64,000 bases of DNA. It comes from Fibrobacterales bacterium. GTDB lineage: Bacteria; Fibrobacterota; Fibrobacteria; Fibrobacterales; JAOPTW01. The stretch's first letter is position 1. Each line of letters opens with the position of its first letter. This document shows, piece by piece, positions 1-10,376 of the stretch. The position numbers and the translations under genes were made by a program. The notes beneath the pieces are model-generated. The model ran no database searches, had not been told where the DNA came from, and saw only the letters and a program-made list of their open reading frames with translations. The stretch is from the NCBI GenBank assembly GCA_051532035.1, contig JAOPTW010000056.1, forward strand, positions 20,613 to 84,612, given 5' to 3'.

Positions 1-85
1 ATAGGATAGAGATGGGGGAATGTAAAGAGGAGAGGGGGATTGAGTAATCATTAACCATTTGAGATTGTGTAAACAGCCAACAAAC

Positions 86-113
86 AAAAAAAGCCACTAT
101 GAGTGGCTTTTTT
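86..113. terminator. Bidirectional intrinsic terminator
   Basis: AAAAAAGCCAC-tatga-GTGGCTTTTTT hairpin with A and T tails. Confidence 0.85.
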
Positions 114-214
114 GATTCCTGAAAAGGTAGGTGTTAATGCTCAATAGGTGACAATACGATAAGCGGTAGTGAGTCAAGCATAGGGGCAATATATATACAC
201 TATGAAATGTTGTC

Positions 215-230
215 TGTGATAGGCATCACA
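215..230. promoter_or_regulatory. CRP-family binding site
   Basis: TGTGA-TAGGCA-TCACA, exact TGTGA-N6-TCACA consensus; centred at -41.5 from a putative minus-strand start at 181 (-10 TATATT at 193-188). Confidence 0.65.
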
Positions 231-362
231 CTTTGTCTGTTTATTTTCAATTAATTGGTTTATTCCATTAAGGGGCAAGGCTTGTTTCGGCAATTTAGGG
301 GGAGTAATGGTTGATTGAGTAAACGACTCGCCTAAAAGAACCCCTTTTTCTATATAGTGTCC

Positions 363-1355
363 ATGATAAAAATCAAAAACCTCTCATACGCATATCCTGA
401 CCAACTCGCTCTTAAATCAATCTATTGTGAGATAAAGCCAGGAACAATTACAGCTGTCGTTGGGCCAAATGGCGCAGGAAAATCGACACTCTTTAAATGT
501 ATCACCACCTTGCAGAAGCCTGCTCCGGGGACCATTTTTATTAATGGCCTCGACGTAGTAACTCATCCGCGAGAGTGCAAAAAGCTTATTGGCTACCTTC
601 CCGATACTTTTGGGCTCTATGAAAAGCTCACAGTCAATCAGGTACTGACCTATTTTGCTCAAGCTCATGGCTGTACAACACAAGAGAGTGAACGCCGTGT
701 ATCAGAATTGGTGGCTCTTTTAAATTTGTCAGACAAAATTGATAAACCCTGTGGGAGCTTATCACGGGGGATGCGCCAGCGTGTCGCTATCGGACAAGCG
801 ATGATTCATAATCCAGCGCTCCTAGTGCTCGATGAACCCGCCTCAGGGCTTGACCCCGAAGCTCGTCATGAACTCGCTCAGCTTTTTATTCGCCTCAAAG
901 AAGAGGGGGTGACCCTCCTGATATCATCCCATATTTTAGCCGAGCTCGATCAATACGCCGATGACCTGTTAGTGTTGCGTGGCGGTGAATTGGTTAATCA
1001 AAAAGCTCAGGCTCTTTCGAGTGATCAAGGGGCCGTAGACGAAACATCTGTCGAAGAGCGTTTGATAACCCTTAAAGTACTCTCTCAGCCAGACAGTGTT
1101 ACTAAACTTCTTTCCACAAATACCTACGTACCACAAAGTCATGATGGTGAAATTCTTTCATTGCTCTCACGAGTTTCAAAAGTGGCCTGTGAAGGGAATG
1201 AGGTAAAAGCAGTATTGAATGGAACTGAAAAAGATCAACACACCTTAATTCGCTTCCTCTTTCAAGAGGGGTGTACCATTAGTGAATGCTACACCGAGAA
1301 ACAAAACCTGCAAGAGACCTATCTCACTATGGTAAAGGAACATGATGCCAAGTAA
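363..1355 (+). CDS. ABC transporter ATP-binding protein (ABC-2/export type)
   Basis: Walker A GPNGAGKST, signature LSRGMRQR, Walker B LLVLDEP, SSH loop; alternative GTG start at 357. Confidence 0.93.
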   Translation: MIKIKNLSYAYPDQLALKSIYCEIKPGTITAVVGPNGAGKSTLFKCITTLQKPAPGTIFINGLDVVTHPRECKKLIGYLPDTFGLYEKLTVNQVLTYFAQAHGCTTQESERRVSELVALLNLSDKIDKPCGSLSRGMRQRVAIGQAMIHNPALLVLDEPASGLDPEARHELAQLFIRLKEEGVTLLISSHILAELDQYADDLLVLRGGELVNQKAQALSSDQGAVDETSVEERLITLKVLSQPDSVTKLLSTNTYVPQSHDGEILSLLSRVSKVACEGNEVKAVLNGTEKDQHTLIRFLFQEGCTISECYTEKQNLQETYLTMVKEHDAK

Positions 1356-2730
1356 TTACACATCCAATCCCGAGATAAACAGAAACATCTGGCTCGAGCT
1401 TACCTTTGGACGATTAGCCGGGATCCCTTTGGTGATCATCTGTTTTTTAGGGTTAGCCTATCTGACTGCGGTCAGATTCTTTGATGCAAACTTTGCTGAG
1501 ATCATCAATACCAGTTCCCTGTATGGGCTCTATCTCACGGCCTTTGTAATGGGGGTACGGCAAGCATCCGGCGCTATTATTAAAGAAGTACATGAGAAAA
1601 CCTGGGATGCTCAGCGACTCTTAAGTATTGCTCCAAAGACTATGATGCTCGGAAAGCTCTTTGGTTCAACCATCTATGCGTGGTATGGAGTAGCCTGTTT
1701 TGGCGTACTGTATCTGGGGAGTGCACTGCTTATAGATCACACTTTTGAACGGATAGCACTGTTTGTTACTCTACTACTTGGTGCTATTATGGTTCAGGCT
1801 TTGATAATTTCATTAACGGTATTAAAAATTAATAAAGATCGTTCCGCCACTATTTCAACCTTCTTCTACTTCGTGATAGGGGTTGTTGTCGCACTGTTTG
1901 TTATCGATAGTGCCAATAAAATAGTTGACTTTGAAGAGCCACTCTTTTTTTGGTACACCCTCACACTTCCCGTAGTTCCTGCACTCCTTGCGGTGACTGC
2001 ACTATTTACGGGATGGTCGGTCTATGGGCTTTATAGAACGTTACGCAGAGAGTATCTCTATACCAACACCATTATTCCCTGGTCGCTTTTTACGGTTACT
2101 TTGATGATTTTTGTAGGAGGTCTCTACAGTGCAGAGCATGTTTCCTCGCTGACTGAAGGGCTTATAAACTTTGATCAAATTGCCGTCAGTACTCATACTG
2201 CATTTATTGTGGGGGTTATCCTCAGTTATTATTTAGCCTTTAGTGAAAGTCGGTCTGTGATAACCTTCAATAGCTTTTTGTGGGCCGTCTCTAAAAAAAG
2301 AGTGTCTGCGCTTCTTACACAAACACCACTGTGGGTGGTAACCCTTTGTATTACAGCCGGAGCGGCAGTAGTGAGTGTCGTCTTTTCTGTAGGCTCATTT
2401 GACACGCTCGAAAACCGACTAGGAGTAAATGCACTCTGGGCAATCAATATACTGGCATTTGTTATTCGTGACATAACCCTTCTCCACCTCGTCTCATTTG
2501 TAGAGAAAAAACGGAAGCCCGAAGGGGTAACGCTGTTCTATCTTATTCTGATGTATGGAATGGTGCCCGCACTCTTTGGAGTGGTTGGATTAAAGGATTT
2601 ACTCCCTGTATTCTTACCGATGACTGAAAGTGGTATTGTGTTGGGAACCCTCTTTCCTTGGGGCCAAACTATTGGAATAGTGGTTTTTACCCATAAAATT
2701 CTGAAAAATGAGGTTAGAGCCGTTAAATAG
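1342..2730 (+). CDS. ABC transporter permease (multi-TM membrane protein)
   Basis: About 12 hydrophobic segments, an E..EKTW..RL..I......GK segment typical of ABC-2 permeases, overlaps the ATPase gene. Confidence 0.75.
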   Translation: MMPSNYTSNPEINRNIWLELTFGRLAGIPLVIICFLGLAYLTAVRFFDANFAEIINTSSLYGLYLTAFVMGVRQASGAIIKEVHEKTWDAQRLLSIAPKTMMLGKLFGSTIYAWYGVACFGVLYLGSALLIDHTFERIALFVTLLLGAIMVQALIISLTVLKINKDRSATISTFFYFVIGVVVALFVIDSANKIVDFEEPLFFWYTLTLPVVPALLAVTALFTGWSVYGLYRTLRREYLYTNTIIPWSLFTVTLMIFVGGLYSAEHVSSLTEGLINFDQIAVSTHTAFIVGVILSYYLAFSESRSVITFNSFLWAVSKKRVSALLTQTPLWVVTLCITAGAAVVSVVFSVGSFDTLENRLGVNALWAINILAFVIRDITLLHLVSFVEKKRKPEGVTLFYLILMYGMVPALFGVVGLKDLLPVFLPMTESGIVLGTLFPWGQTIGIVVFTHKILKNEVRAVK

Positions 2731-2876
2731 ATGCTGTTTAAGTAATGTCCTGCTTCGCAATTGATCAAAATAGCAACAGAAACTCAAGTATTGGGTGAGA
2801 GGTATCCTTGTTTTTACATAGATACAATGGTCAAATTCCTATCTTTGACCCAATCTAAAAACCAGAGCAGACCTGA

Positions 2877-4340
2877 ATGTATAACTATTTAATAACTCCT
2901 GTACTAGTGACACTCTTTATGTTAAGTGCTTGTGATCGAAACGTAGTAAAGCCAGAGTTGGGTGAGACTGATGACTCTGCCGTATCATCACAGGCAGTAG
3001 CGGCTCAAGTATCGAGTAGTACTATACTCCCAGATGCCGGTTTGAGTTCAACTGTTGTTGATTTAGGCGGGGCAACCCATACGAGTTCATCTTCACAAAT
3101 CGTATATCCAGGTGTATCAATTGATATCAAATCGGGTTCTTCAAGTAGCGTAGTGCAAGTGAGTAGCGCAACTGGTTCTATGAGCAGCGTAGCTGTCACT
3201 TCTTCTAATAACCAATCATCAGTAGCGACACAAGTCTCTTCCAATGTTTCTTCTTCATCAGTAATGGTGTCAAGCTCTGTAATTAAAGCTCTATCCTCTT
3301 CAGTAATTACTCCAGATGGAGTGTCTTCTTCTTCTTCTTCTCACTCGTCCTCTTCAATGGGGCCAGAAATTTTTGTTTTTTATGCCGATAAATTAGGGGG
3401 GAGTGATGAGTTTACAGCTATTGGACATTCATTTGCATGGGATAATGCTCCCCATGTACTCTCAGGTGACGCCCCTCAGGGTGATAGTTGCGTGATTCAT
3501 ACTATTGACTGGGGGGGGCGTGCGTATAAATTAAATCAGAAGCACGACTTCAGTCAATTTAACGGTGGGTATTTACACTTTCAGATCAAAACAGCCAGTA
3601 ATGCAAAAATTAAACTTGAATGGGGGCGAGAGGGCAAAGACTCATTGTATCTCCGCGAATATGCTGACCTCACTAATGAATGGGAGAAGGTGGTTATTCC
3701 CCTCGATTCATTTAAAGGAATTAATCTAAAAGTATTACGTGAAGCATTTGCGATAAGTTATCACAGAGAATTTACAAATGGTGAAATTGCTCTTGATGAT
3801 ATCTACTTCTCTACCCACGGGACTGCGACTTACAAACATAGAGCAAAAAATGAAGCAATGTTTTCTATAGAGAGAGATACACTACAACTTATTACCGATA
3901 ACTGGTATGGCACTGACTCAATGGACTCAATAAGCAGACCAGAATTTTTGGGGGATATCGAGGCGAATTACTCTTCTAATCAAGGTGAGAGAAGTATTGG
4001 GTTTACTATTAATCACAGCATTGGTGGAGGTGGGGGCTACTCAATGAGTTATCACACTCCAAAAGATTTGAGCTATTATAGCGGTGGCTCTCTAGTGTTT
4101 GATGTAAAAACAGCTTTTCCAGAGAAGGCTATCAAATTAGAGTGGGGGACGTGTGGTGAAAAATGTTCTACCTGGGTTGACCTTCGGAACTATATTACAC
4201 AGGGTAATAAATGGGAGACCATTACAATACCACTTAATGACTTTAGTGGTATAGATCTTCAACGCATGAAAGTACCTTTTGGTATTCAGAATGGTCCTTC
4301 TGGGACAGTGTATATTAAAAACGTGCGTTGGGTAAAATAA
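2877..4340 (+). CDS. Lipoprotein with Ser-rich linker and two carbohydrate-binding-like beta-sandwich domains
   Basis: Lipobox LSAC, ~130-aa Ser-rich region, two repeats of D.S....G.L.F..KT...IKLEWG...W....IPL..F...NVRW resembling CBM11/CBM30-like galactose-binding folds. Confidence 0.7.
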   Translation: MYNYLITPVLVTLFMLSACDRNVVKPELGETDDSAVSSQAVAAQVSSSTILPDAGLSSTVVDLGGATHTSSSSQIVYPGVSIDIKSGSSSSVVQVSSATGSMSSVAVTSSNNQSSVATQVSSNVSSSSVMVSSSVIKALSSSVITPDGVSSSSSSHSSSSMGPEIFVFYADKLGGSDEFTAIGHSFAWDNAPHVLSGDAPQGDSCVIHTIDWGGRAYKLNQKHDFSQFNGGYLHFQIKTASNAKIKLEWGREGKDSLYLREYADLTNEWEKVVIPLDSFKGINLKVLREAFAISYHREFTNGEIALDDIYFSTHGTATYKHRAKNEAMFSIERDTLQLITDNWYGTDSMDSISRPEFLGDIEANYSSNQGERSIGFTINHSIGGGGGYSMSYHTPKDLSYYSGGSLVFDVKTAFPEKAIKLEWGTCGEKCSTWVDLRNYITQGNKWETITIPLNDFSGIDLQRMKVPFGIQNGPSGTVYIKNVRWVK

Positions 4341-4516
4341 TTATTTACAAACATATTTGAAGAGTGTTTTTAGATGAGTATAGGGTAAATAGGTATTGTT
4401 CTTCAGTTTAAAACACAAACAACCAAAATCCACTCGGTGAGTTTACTGTATTTTACAATTATTTATACCGTCAATTTTTATCTTTGGTTTACCTTAAAAA
4501 GCCAGGGTTAGCCTAA

Positions 4517-5926
4517 ATGTATCAGTATCTATTAAGTTTTATTCTAGTCGCACTCATAGTATTGAGTGCTTGTGATCGAAATATCGTAAAGCCAAAGTTG
4601 GATGATTCAGATTCAACTACAGGAGATTTACAGAATGTTCAGCCTCAGAATACAGTGTCATCACAAGCAGTTGTAGTACAAGGGTCAAGCAGTAGTGTTG
4701 GACTTCCTGGTACTAGTGTGAGTTCAGCAACTATTGAAGCTGGGTCCTCTTCCCACAATGATTCCACTGTATCAAGTAATAGTGGAGATATCAGTAGCTC
4801 CATGCCATCGGTAAGTAGTTCAGCAGGCACCTCATTAAGCAGTGAGTTAGCAGCAACGGTTTCGAGTTCAGAAAATGCCCTGAGTTCTTCCGTATCTTCT
4901 TCAGCAATCCACTTGCCAGAATCAAGTTCGTCAGAACTAAGCGTGTCATCGTCAAGTGTGGCACCTGTATTAAAGACCTTTCAATTCTATGCAGAGCAGA
5001 GTGAGGGGACTGATGAATTTAAACAGATTGGTAGATTTGAACGCTGGGGGGATAATGAAAAAAAAGCGGGCCCTGATGCAGCGGAAGGCAATAAAAGTAT
5101 CAAATTTGAATTTACAGACGGTGGATGGGCATCTGTATTCGATAGTCAACAAGACTTCAGGCAATTTGATAAGGGTTATTTACATTTTGATATTAAAACA
5201 ACTACAAATGCAGCTATTAAAATAGAGTGGGATGATGATGCTAATGACTCTAAAACACTGTTTGATTATACAGGGCTTAGTGGAGATTGGGAGCACGTTG
5301 TGATTCCTCTTGATTCGTTTCACGGAATTAATCTAGAACAATTGAGAGAGCCTTTTGCTCTTATATATCTTAATGGTGGAAAGAGAGAAAAGATAGTAAT
5401 TGATAATATATACTATTCTACACAAGGTACTTCAACCTATCGCGATAGAGGTGGGTTGGTAATTATGACGGACGATTACAATGGGAGTGACTATTTTAAC
5501 GCCCTTGGTAAAGCAGGTAACTGGGGCGCATTAGATTTAAATGATATACGCTATTCATCGGATCGAACTGAAGGTGAAAAAAGTATTGCTTTGACACCAG
5601 GCGAGGGTGGTTATACGCTTGCATACGACTCACCTACAGATTTGAGAGAATGGGCTCAGGGTAAACTCGTTTTTGATGTTAAAACGGAACATAACTATGC
5701 CATAAAAATAGAGTGGGGTGACATAAACCATAAAACAGAGACAGCGTATATAGGTCTTGATCAATATGTAAGAGCAGATAACCACTGGCAAACTGCAGTA
5801 ATCCCCTTTGATCATTTTGCTAATGAGTTTGGTGGTGGCATACAATTTGATGAGATTAAGATACCTTTTGGACTCCATAAAGGAGAGGGCACAGTTTTAA
5901 TCGATAATATACGTTGGGTGAAATAA
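4517..5926 (+). CDS. Paralog of 2877-4340: Ser-rich lipoprotein with tandem CBM-like domains
   Basis: Near-identical N-terminus (LSACDRN.VKP.L), same domain repeats, ends IDNIRWVK. Confidence 0.7.
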   Translation: MYQYLLSFILVALIVLSACDRNIVKPKLDDSDSTTGDLQNVQPQNTVSSQAVVVQGSSSSVGLPGTSVSSATIEAGSSSHNDSTVSSNSGDISSSMPSVSSSAGTSLSSELAATVSSSENALSSSVSSSAIHLPESSSSELSVSSSSVAPVLKTFQFYAEQSEGTDEFKQIGRFERWGDNEKKAGPDAAEGNKSIKFEFTDGGWASVFDSQQDFRQFDKGYLHFDIKTTTNAAIKIEWDDDANDSKTLFDYTGLSGDWEHVVIPLDSFHGINLEQLREPFALIYLNGGKREKIVIDNIYYSTQGTSTYRDRGGLVIMTDDYNGSDYFNALGKAGNWGALDLNDIRYSSDRTEGEKSIALTPGEGGYTLAYDSPTDLREWAQGKLVFDVKTEHNYAIKIEWGDINHKTETAYIGLDQYVRADNHWQTAVIPFDHFANEFGGGIQFDEIKIPFGLHKGEGTVLIDNIRWVK

Positions 5927-5940
5927 AGAGGTTCATGACT

Positions 5941-6444
5941 ATGAGATACAGTGCTGTTTTGATATCTTTGATATTGGGAACCTTATTAGGGTGTAGTGAA
6001 AAAAGCTCTCCAACTCAGCCTGGGGTATTATTAAATACCCTATCATCAAGTAGTATAGATACAGTCGCATCCACAACGAGTTCTTCATCTGTGATTAGTG
6101 GCGTAAGTAGTTCAGGCGAGGTATCTGCATCGGGTCTTATAGGAGGCTGGCGGTTAGATTCTGTTCAAGGGGTTGATGACCAGTATACTCAGTATGATTT
6201 CGAAATGTATTATTTAAGCGACTCCCTTTACACTCAGTATACCTCTTATCCCGAATTAGATCTAATAGATAGTGTCGTAGGGAAGTGGTGGGCCACAGAT
6301 AGTATTGTTATCACCAATGAATTAGAGAGTACAGAAAATGATTCACTACCGTACCTTCTTGAAGGTGATAGCGTCTTTGTTATTTGGTACGACCGACCTG
6401 AGAGTAAACGAATCACTCACTACTTTTCAAAAATAATTCCATAA
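5941..6444 (+). CDS. Hypothetical lipoprotein with Ser-rich linker and small beta-rich (lipocalin-like) domain
   Basis: Lipobox LLGC, Ser-rich stretch, LIGGW.L motif; GAGG upstream of ATG 5941. Confidence 0.6.
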   Translation: MRYSAVLISLILGTLLGCSEKSSPTQPGVLLNTLSSSSIDTVASTTSSSSVISGVSSSGEVSASGLIGGWRLDSVQGVDDQYTQYDFEMYYLSDSLYTQYTSYPELDLIDSVVGKWWATDSIVITNELESTENDSLPYLLEGDSVFVIWYDRPESKRITHYFSKIIP

Positions 6445-6506
6445 AAAAAACGGAAATCATTACTGATATCCGTTTAATACAGAGCGTTGCTCTATGAGTA
6501 ATTCAA

Positions 6507-7355
6507 TTATAAGTTATCAAGAACCTTCACAAAGGTCTCGGCAGGTCCTTCTGCAACGCCAGTCCAAATCTCAAAAGACTTAACACCCTGATAGGCGAGC
6601 ATCCCAAGTCCTTGTACTGTTTTAGCACCTTTTGCCGCAGCATCTTTAAGAAGCTTAGTTTCACGTGGGTTATAGACAATATCATAGACGATTTGTCCTG
6701 GATAGATATAATCAGCAGATACAGCACTCGCATCTTCATTGGGGTGCATTCCCAGAGGAGTTGCATTAATCAGAAGTTTCTGCTCCCGAGCAATCTCTGA
6801 GTATTTTGATGAGTCAATGTAGAGTGCTTTACACTCAGTTTTGGTATTAATCTTCTCGACAATGTCACCACCTGCAGTTGCGTTAATTCCGGCTATTGTA
6901 AGAGTAATACCGGGATATTCCAAAGCAAAAGCACAGGCAATGGCACTTGCTGCACCGCCAGTGCCGAGGAGGGTCACTTTTTGGTCAGTCATTTCCACAC
7001 CAGATCGACGGAGGTTTTCAAGAGCTCCATAGGGATCTGTGGTCGTCCCGCACAGTTTTCCATCTTTCTTATAGATGGTATTCACGCTCTGCATGAGTTC
7101 GGATATTTCTGATATCTCATCAAGATACTGAATGACGTTCTGCTTGTGGGGGATAGTAACGTTTGCCCCTACAAAATTCATTGCTCTAAGCCCTGCTACA
7201 GCATTTTCAAGGTTATCTGGATGTGTTTCCAATGGGATATAGCAAAAGTCTAGCCCAAGCTCTGCAAAACCAGTGTTATGCATGTTTGGTGAGAAAGAGT
7301 GTTCTACAGGGTATCCAAGGATACCAACAATTTTGGTTTTTCCGCTAATAGTCAT
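6507..7355 (-). CDS. aroE: Shikimate dehydrogenase
   Basis: G.PV.HS.SP.MHN, GANVTIPHK, SVNT, GTGGAA, NATPLGM, DIVYNP.ET, GLGML..Q; start moved to ATG 7355. Confidence 0.95.
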   Translation of the reverse strand: MTISGKTKIVGILGYPVEHSFSPNMHNTGFAELGLDFCYIPLETHPDNLENAVAGLRAMNFVGANVTIPHKQNVIQYLDEISEISELMQSVNTIYKKDGKLCGTTTDPYGALENLRRSGVEMTDQKVTLLGTGGAASAIACAFALEYPGITLTIAGINATAGGDIVEKINTKTECKALYIDSSKYSEIAREQKLLINATPLGMHPNEDASAVSADYIYPGQIVYDIVYNPRETKLLKDAAAKGAKTVQGLGMLAYQGVKSFEIWTGVAEGPAETFVKVLDNL

Positions 7356-8550
7356 CGACAATAAATTCCTTTGGCTCAATGCCATCATCACTCCAGAGCT
7401 TTTCTTCAAGATATTCAACCCGTTCTTCAGTTTTAGGGTCAAATATACGTGAGTGCCAAGAGTCGTATTCGTCACTTAATTTGTTTTTTAGAATATCAGT
7501 CCCGATATTTTCTAGGGCCGACATAAACACCGCATCAGGGAATTTCTCATAGAGATTAATACGAGCGGTTTCATCCAACGCATCAACTTTATTAAAGACC
7601 AAAAGTTGAGGAATATTTTTTTCTGTTATCTCTTTGAGTACCGAAGTGGTCACTTCCATATGGTCATACATATCACTTGCACTTGAATCAATAACATGTA
7701 AAATAAGGTCAGACTGCGCGGCAATACCAAGGGTACTTCTAAACGAAGCCACCAAGTGGTGAGGAAGTTTTCTAATAAAACCAACAGTGTCCGAGAGAAT
7801 CAGACTGCGCTCTGTATCAATAAAGAGTTTTCGTGTAGTACTATCAAGCGTTGCGAAAAGTTTATCTTCTACCAGTACTTTCGCCTTGGTCAGGAGGTTG
7901 GTCAGAGTAGATTTTCCGGCATTAGTGTAACCAACAACACCCACATGAAACTGTGCATTGCGTTTGTTCGCTTGGAGGTTACGAGCCTTTTCAATCTTCT
8001 GTAGCTTCTTTTTGAGGTCTTTAATGCGCTTTTGTACGAGCCGTTTGTCAGTTTCAAGCTGAGTTTCACCAGGGCCACGGGTTCCAATACCACCCACTTG
8101 ACGGCAGAGGTGTGTCCACATGTTGGTAAGGCGTGGCATGAGGTACTCATGTTGTGCTATCTCAACCATAATTTGCGCTTCAGACGTTTTGGCGTGTTTC
8201 GAAAATATATCGAGAATAATGCCCGAACGGTCTAGTACTTTAACATCGGGTAAACTTGCTTCAATATTACGAATCTGAGATCCCGAGAGGTCTTCGTCAA
8301 AGATAACCAGTTCGGCACAGTGTATGTGACTCAACTGGCGTATCTCTTCAAGCTTTCCTTTGCCCACCAATGTAGATGGGTTGTAGGTCTTCATGTTTTG
8401 AGTAACAATCTCGACCACTTCAGCTTCTGAAGTCTCTGTTAAGCGTTGAAGTTCTGCAAGGTGTTCTCGCATCACTTTAGGGCGGATTTTACTGGTTGAG
8501 ATACCGACCAAGATGGCCTTCTCAATAGTTTTTTTTAGCTCTATTCCCAC
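7345..8550 (-). CDS. hflX: Ribosome-splitting GTPase HflX
   Basis: GTRGPGETQLETD, GYTNAGKST, LFATLD, DTVGF, NKVD. Confidence 0.97.
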   Translation of the reverse strand: MGIELKKTIEKAILVGISTSKIRPKVMREHLAELQRLTETSEAEVVEIVTQNMKTYNPSTLVGKGKLEEIRQLSHIHCAELVIFDEDLSGSQIRNIEASLPDVKVLDRSGIILDIFSKHAKTSEAQIMVEIAQHEYLMPRLTNMWTHLCRQVGGIGTRGPGETQLETDKRLVQKRIKDLKKKLQKIEKARNLQANKRNAQFHVGVVGYTNAGKSTLTNLLTKAKVLVEDKLFATLDSTTRKLFIDTERSLILSDTVGFIRKLPHHLVASFRSTLGIAAQSDLILHVIDSSASDMYDHMEVTTSVLKEITEKNIPQLLVFNKVDALDETARINLYEKFPDAVFMSALENIGTDILKNKLSDEYDSWHSRIFDPKTEERVEYLEEKLWSDDGIEPKEFIVDDY

Positions 8551-10328
8551 TCAATGGTTCCTGGGGGTTTATGAGTAATATCATAGAGAAGGGCACCAAG
8601 GCCTACTGCTTCAACTTTTGTCCAAAGTTGATTCAGGAGAGTGCGGTCCATCTCGTAAAAGTTTGCGGTCATTGCTTCAGTTGAACATACAGGGCGAAGT
8701 ACTGCCACAGGTTTACCATTAGTAGTAAGAGGGAGGAGTACAACGGGCATCTGCCATATTTCATTATAGAGGTCGTTGTCTAAAAGGAACTCTGTACATA
8801 TCGCATCAATCGTTCTCAGAATATCAAGACGATCTCGAGTTGAATACTGTTCGACAAGCTCATAGTGAATTGATGGGTCACTATTGACTTGATACACTAA
8901 GCGGTTGAGTTCTTTAAAACGGTTGGTGATAGCTGTTGAATTTGTTTCACAATCACGCCAGTCCATTTTATTTTGAATAACAAAAGGTTGTGCATAAGTA
9001 CGTGCATCACCTTGAACACCGACACTGTGAATCGGGAGAATTTTTCCTTGAATACCGCTTTGAAGGAGGTAATCGGCAAGGCCTTCTATTTGAGGGTTCT
9101 CTATATGAGTTCCGTCACTACAAAGAAGACGTACTCCAAGACCGGGGCCTGGGAAGGGGTGTCGCCAAAGAAGTGCATGGGGGATATCCAGCTTAGCTCC
9201 TAAATCGCGAACTTCATCTTTGTAGAGCTCAGCAAGGGGCTCAATCACTTTACCTTGTTCAAGAAGTTCCATAACTTTTGGAACACGGTTGTGGTGCGTT
9301 TTAATAACGTCGGCATTTTTAGTCCCCCCTGATTCAATAGTATCAGGGTAGATAGTGCCTTGTGCCATAATCCACTGTTCAGGATCGAGGTTCATTCCCT
9401 CAATTTCATTATCTTTCACATCAAGAAAGGTGTCACCAATAATTTTCCGTTTTGTCTCTGGCGCAAATTCACCTTTAAGATTTCCGAGAAAGAGATCAGA
9501 TGCATCCACAATTTTGAGGTTGTTCATGTTGTGGTCTTTAAGAAAAACATCAACTTCAGCACTTTCATTGAGGCGCATAAGGCCGTTGTCAATATGGACA
9601 CCGATTACACGGTCTTGTCCGAGTACTTTATTGAGGAGTACAAAAGCAACCGTAGAATCTACACCACCTGAAACAAGAAGCAGTACATTTTTATCACCAA
9701 CCTGTGCTTTAATTTTATTGCTGATCTCATCAACATACGATGCAGCATCCCAATCTTTTGCACATTCACATATATCAATAAAGTTCTCAAGTATTTTCAT
9801 ACCAAACTCTGAGTGGGTTACTTCTGGGTGAAACTGAATGCCATAGCTTTTAAGGGTATCGTTTGCCACTGCAGACTGCTCACAGTCATCGGTAGAAGCG
9901 ATGGTAACAAACCCTTCAGCAGGAACACTTACTTTGTCACCATGACTCATCCACATAGGGGAGGAATCTGGCAGATCTTTAAGGAGTGGGTGTGGATCTT
10001 TAGGAACGAGAAGTTGTGAAACACCATACTCTTGAACTTCACCTACTTCAACCGTACCACCAAGTTTTTGGTTGATAAGCTGATGACCATAACAGATACC
10101 GAGTTTTGGAATAGTGAGATTAATAAGGTCACTATTAAAATCAGGACGATCTTCAGCGTAGACGCTTGAAGGGCCTCCAGAAAAAATAATTCCTTTGTAA
10201 TCCTTAAACGTATCAGCTGATTCAGTAGGGAGAAATATCTCGGAATAGACACCAAGACGACGTACTTTGTTCGCTATTAGGTGTACATATTGACCACCAA
10301 AATCGAGAATAGCAATTTTATCTTTCAC
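8541..10328 (-). CDS. guaA: GMP synthase (glutamine-hydrolysing), long form
   Basis: LDFGGQY, GICYGHQ, QFHPEV, SGGVDS, IKTHHN, HPFPGPGL, C-terminal KPPGTIEWE. Confidence 0.97.
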   Translation of the reverse strand: MKDKIAILDFGGQYVHLIANKVRRLGVYSEIFLPTESADTFKDYKGIIFSGGPSSVYAEDRPDFNSDLINLTIPKLGICYGHQLINQKLGGTVEVGEVQEYGVSQLLVPKDPHPLLKDLPDSSPMWMSHGDKVSVPAEGFVTIASTDDCEQSAVANDTLKSYGIQFHPEVTHSEFGMKILENFIDICECAKDWDAASYVDEISNKIKAQVGDKNVLLLVSGGVDSTVAFVLLNKVLGQDRVIGVHIDNGLMRLNESAEVDVFLKDHNMNNLKIVDASDLFLGNLKGEFAPETKRKIIGDTFLDVKDNEIEGMNLDPEQWIMAQGTIYPDTIESGGTKNADVIKTHHNRVPKVMELLEQGKVIEPLAELYKDEVRDLGAKLDIPHALLWRHPFPGPGLGVRLLCSDGTHIENPQIEGLADYLLQSGIQGKILPIHSVGVQGDARTYAQPFVIQNKMDWRDCETNSTAITNRFKELNRLVYQVNSDPSIHYELVEQYSTRDRLDILRTIDAICTEFLLDNDLYNEIWQMPVVLLPLTTNGKPVAVLRPVCSTEAMTANFYEMDRTLLNQLWTKVEAVGLGALLYDITHKPPGTIEWE

Positions 10329-10376
10329 ACAAGTTCCATTGTTAGGTTGTTCACTTCGGCTGGGCCGAGGTCGTTG

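Noticed and set aside
2990..4960. Possible tandem repeat or CRISPR in TCT/TCA/AGT-rich DNA
   Set aside because: Low-complexity Ser codons inside lipoprotein linkers; no repeat-spacer periodicity
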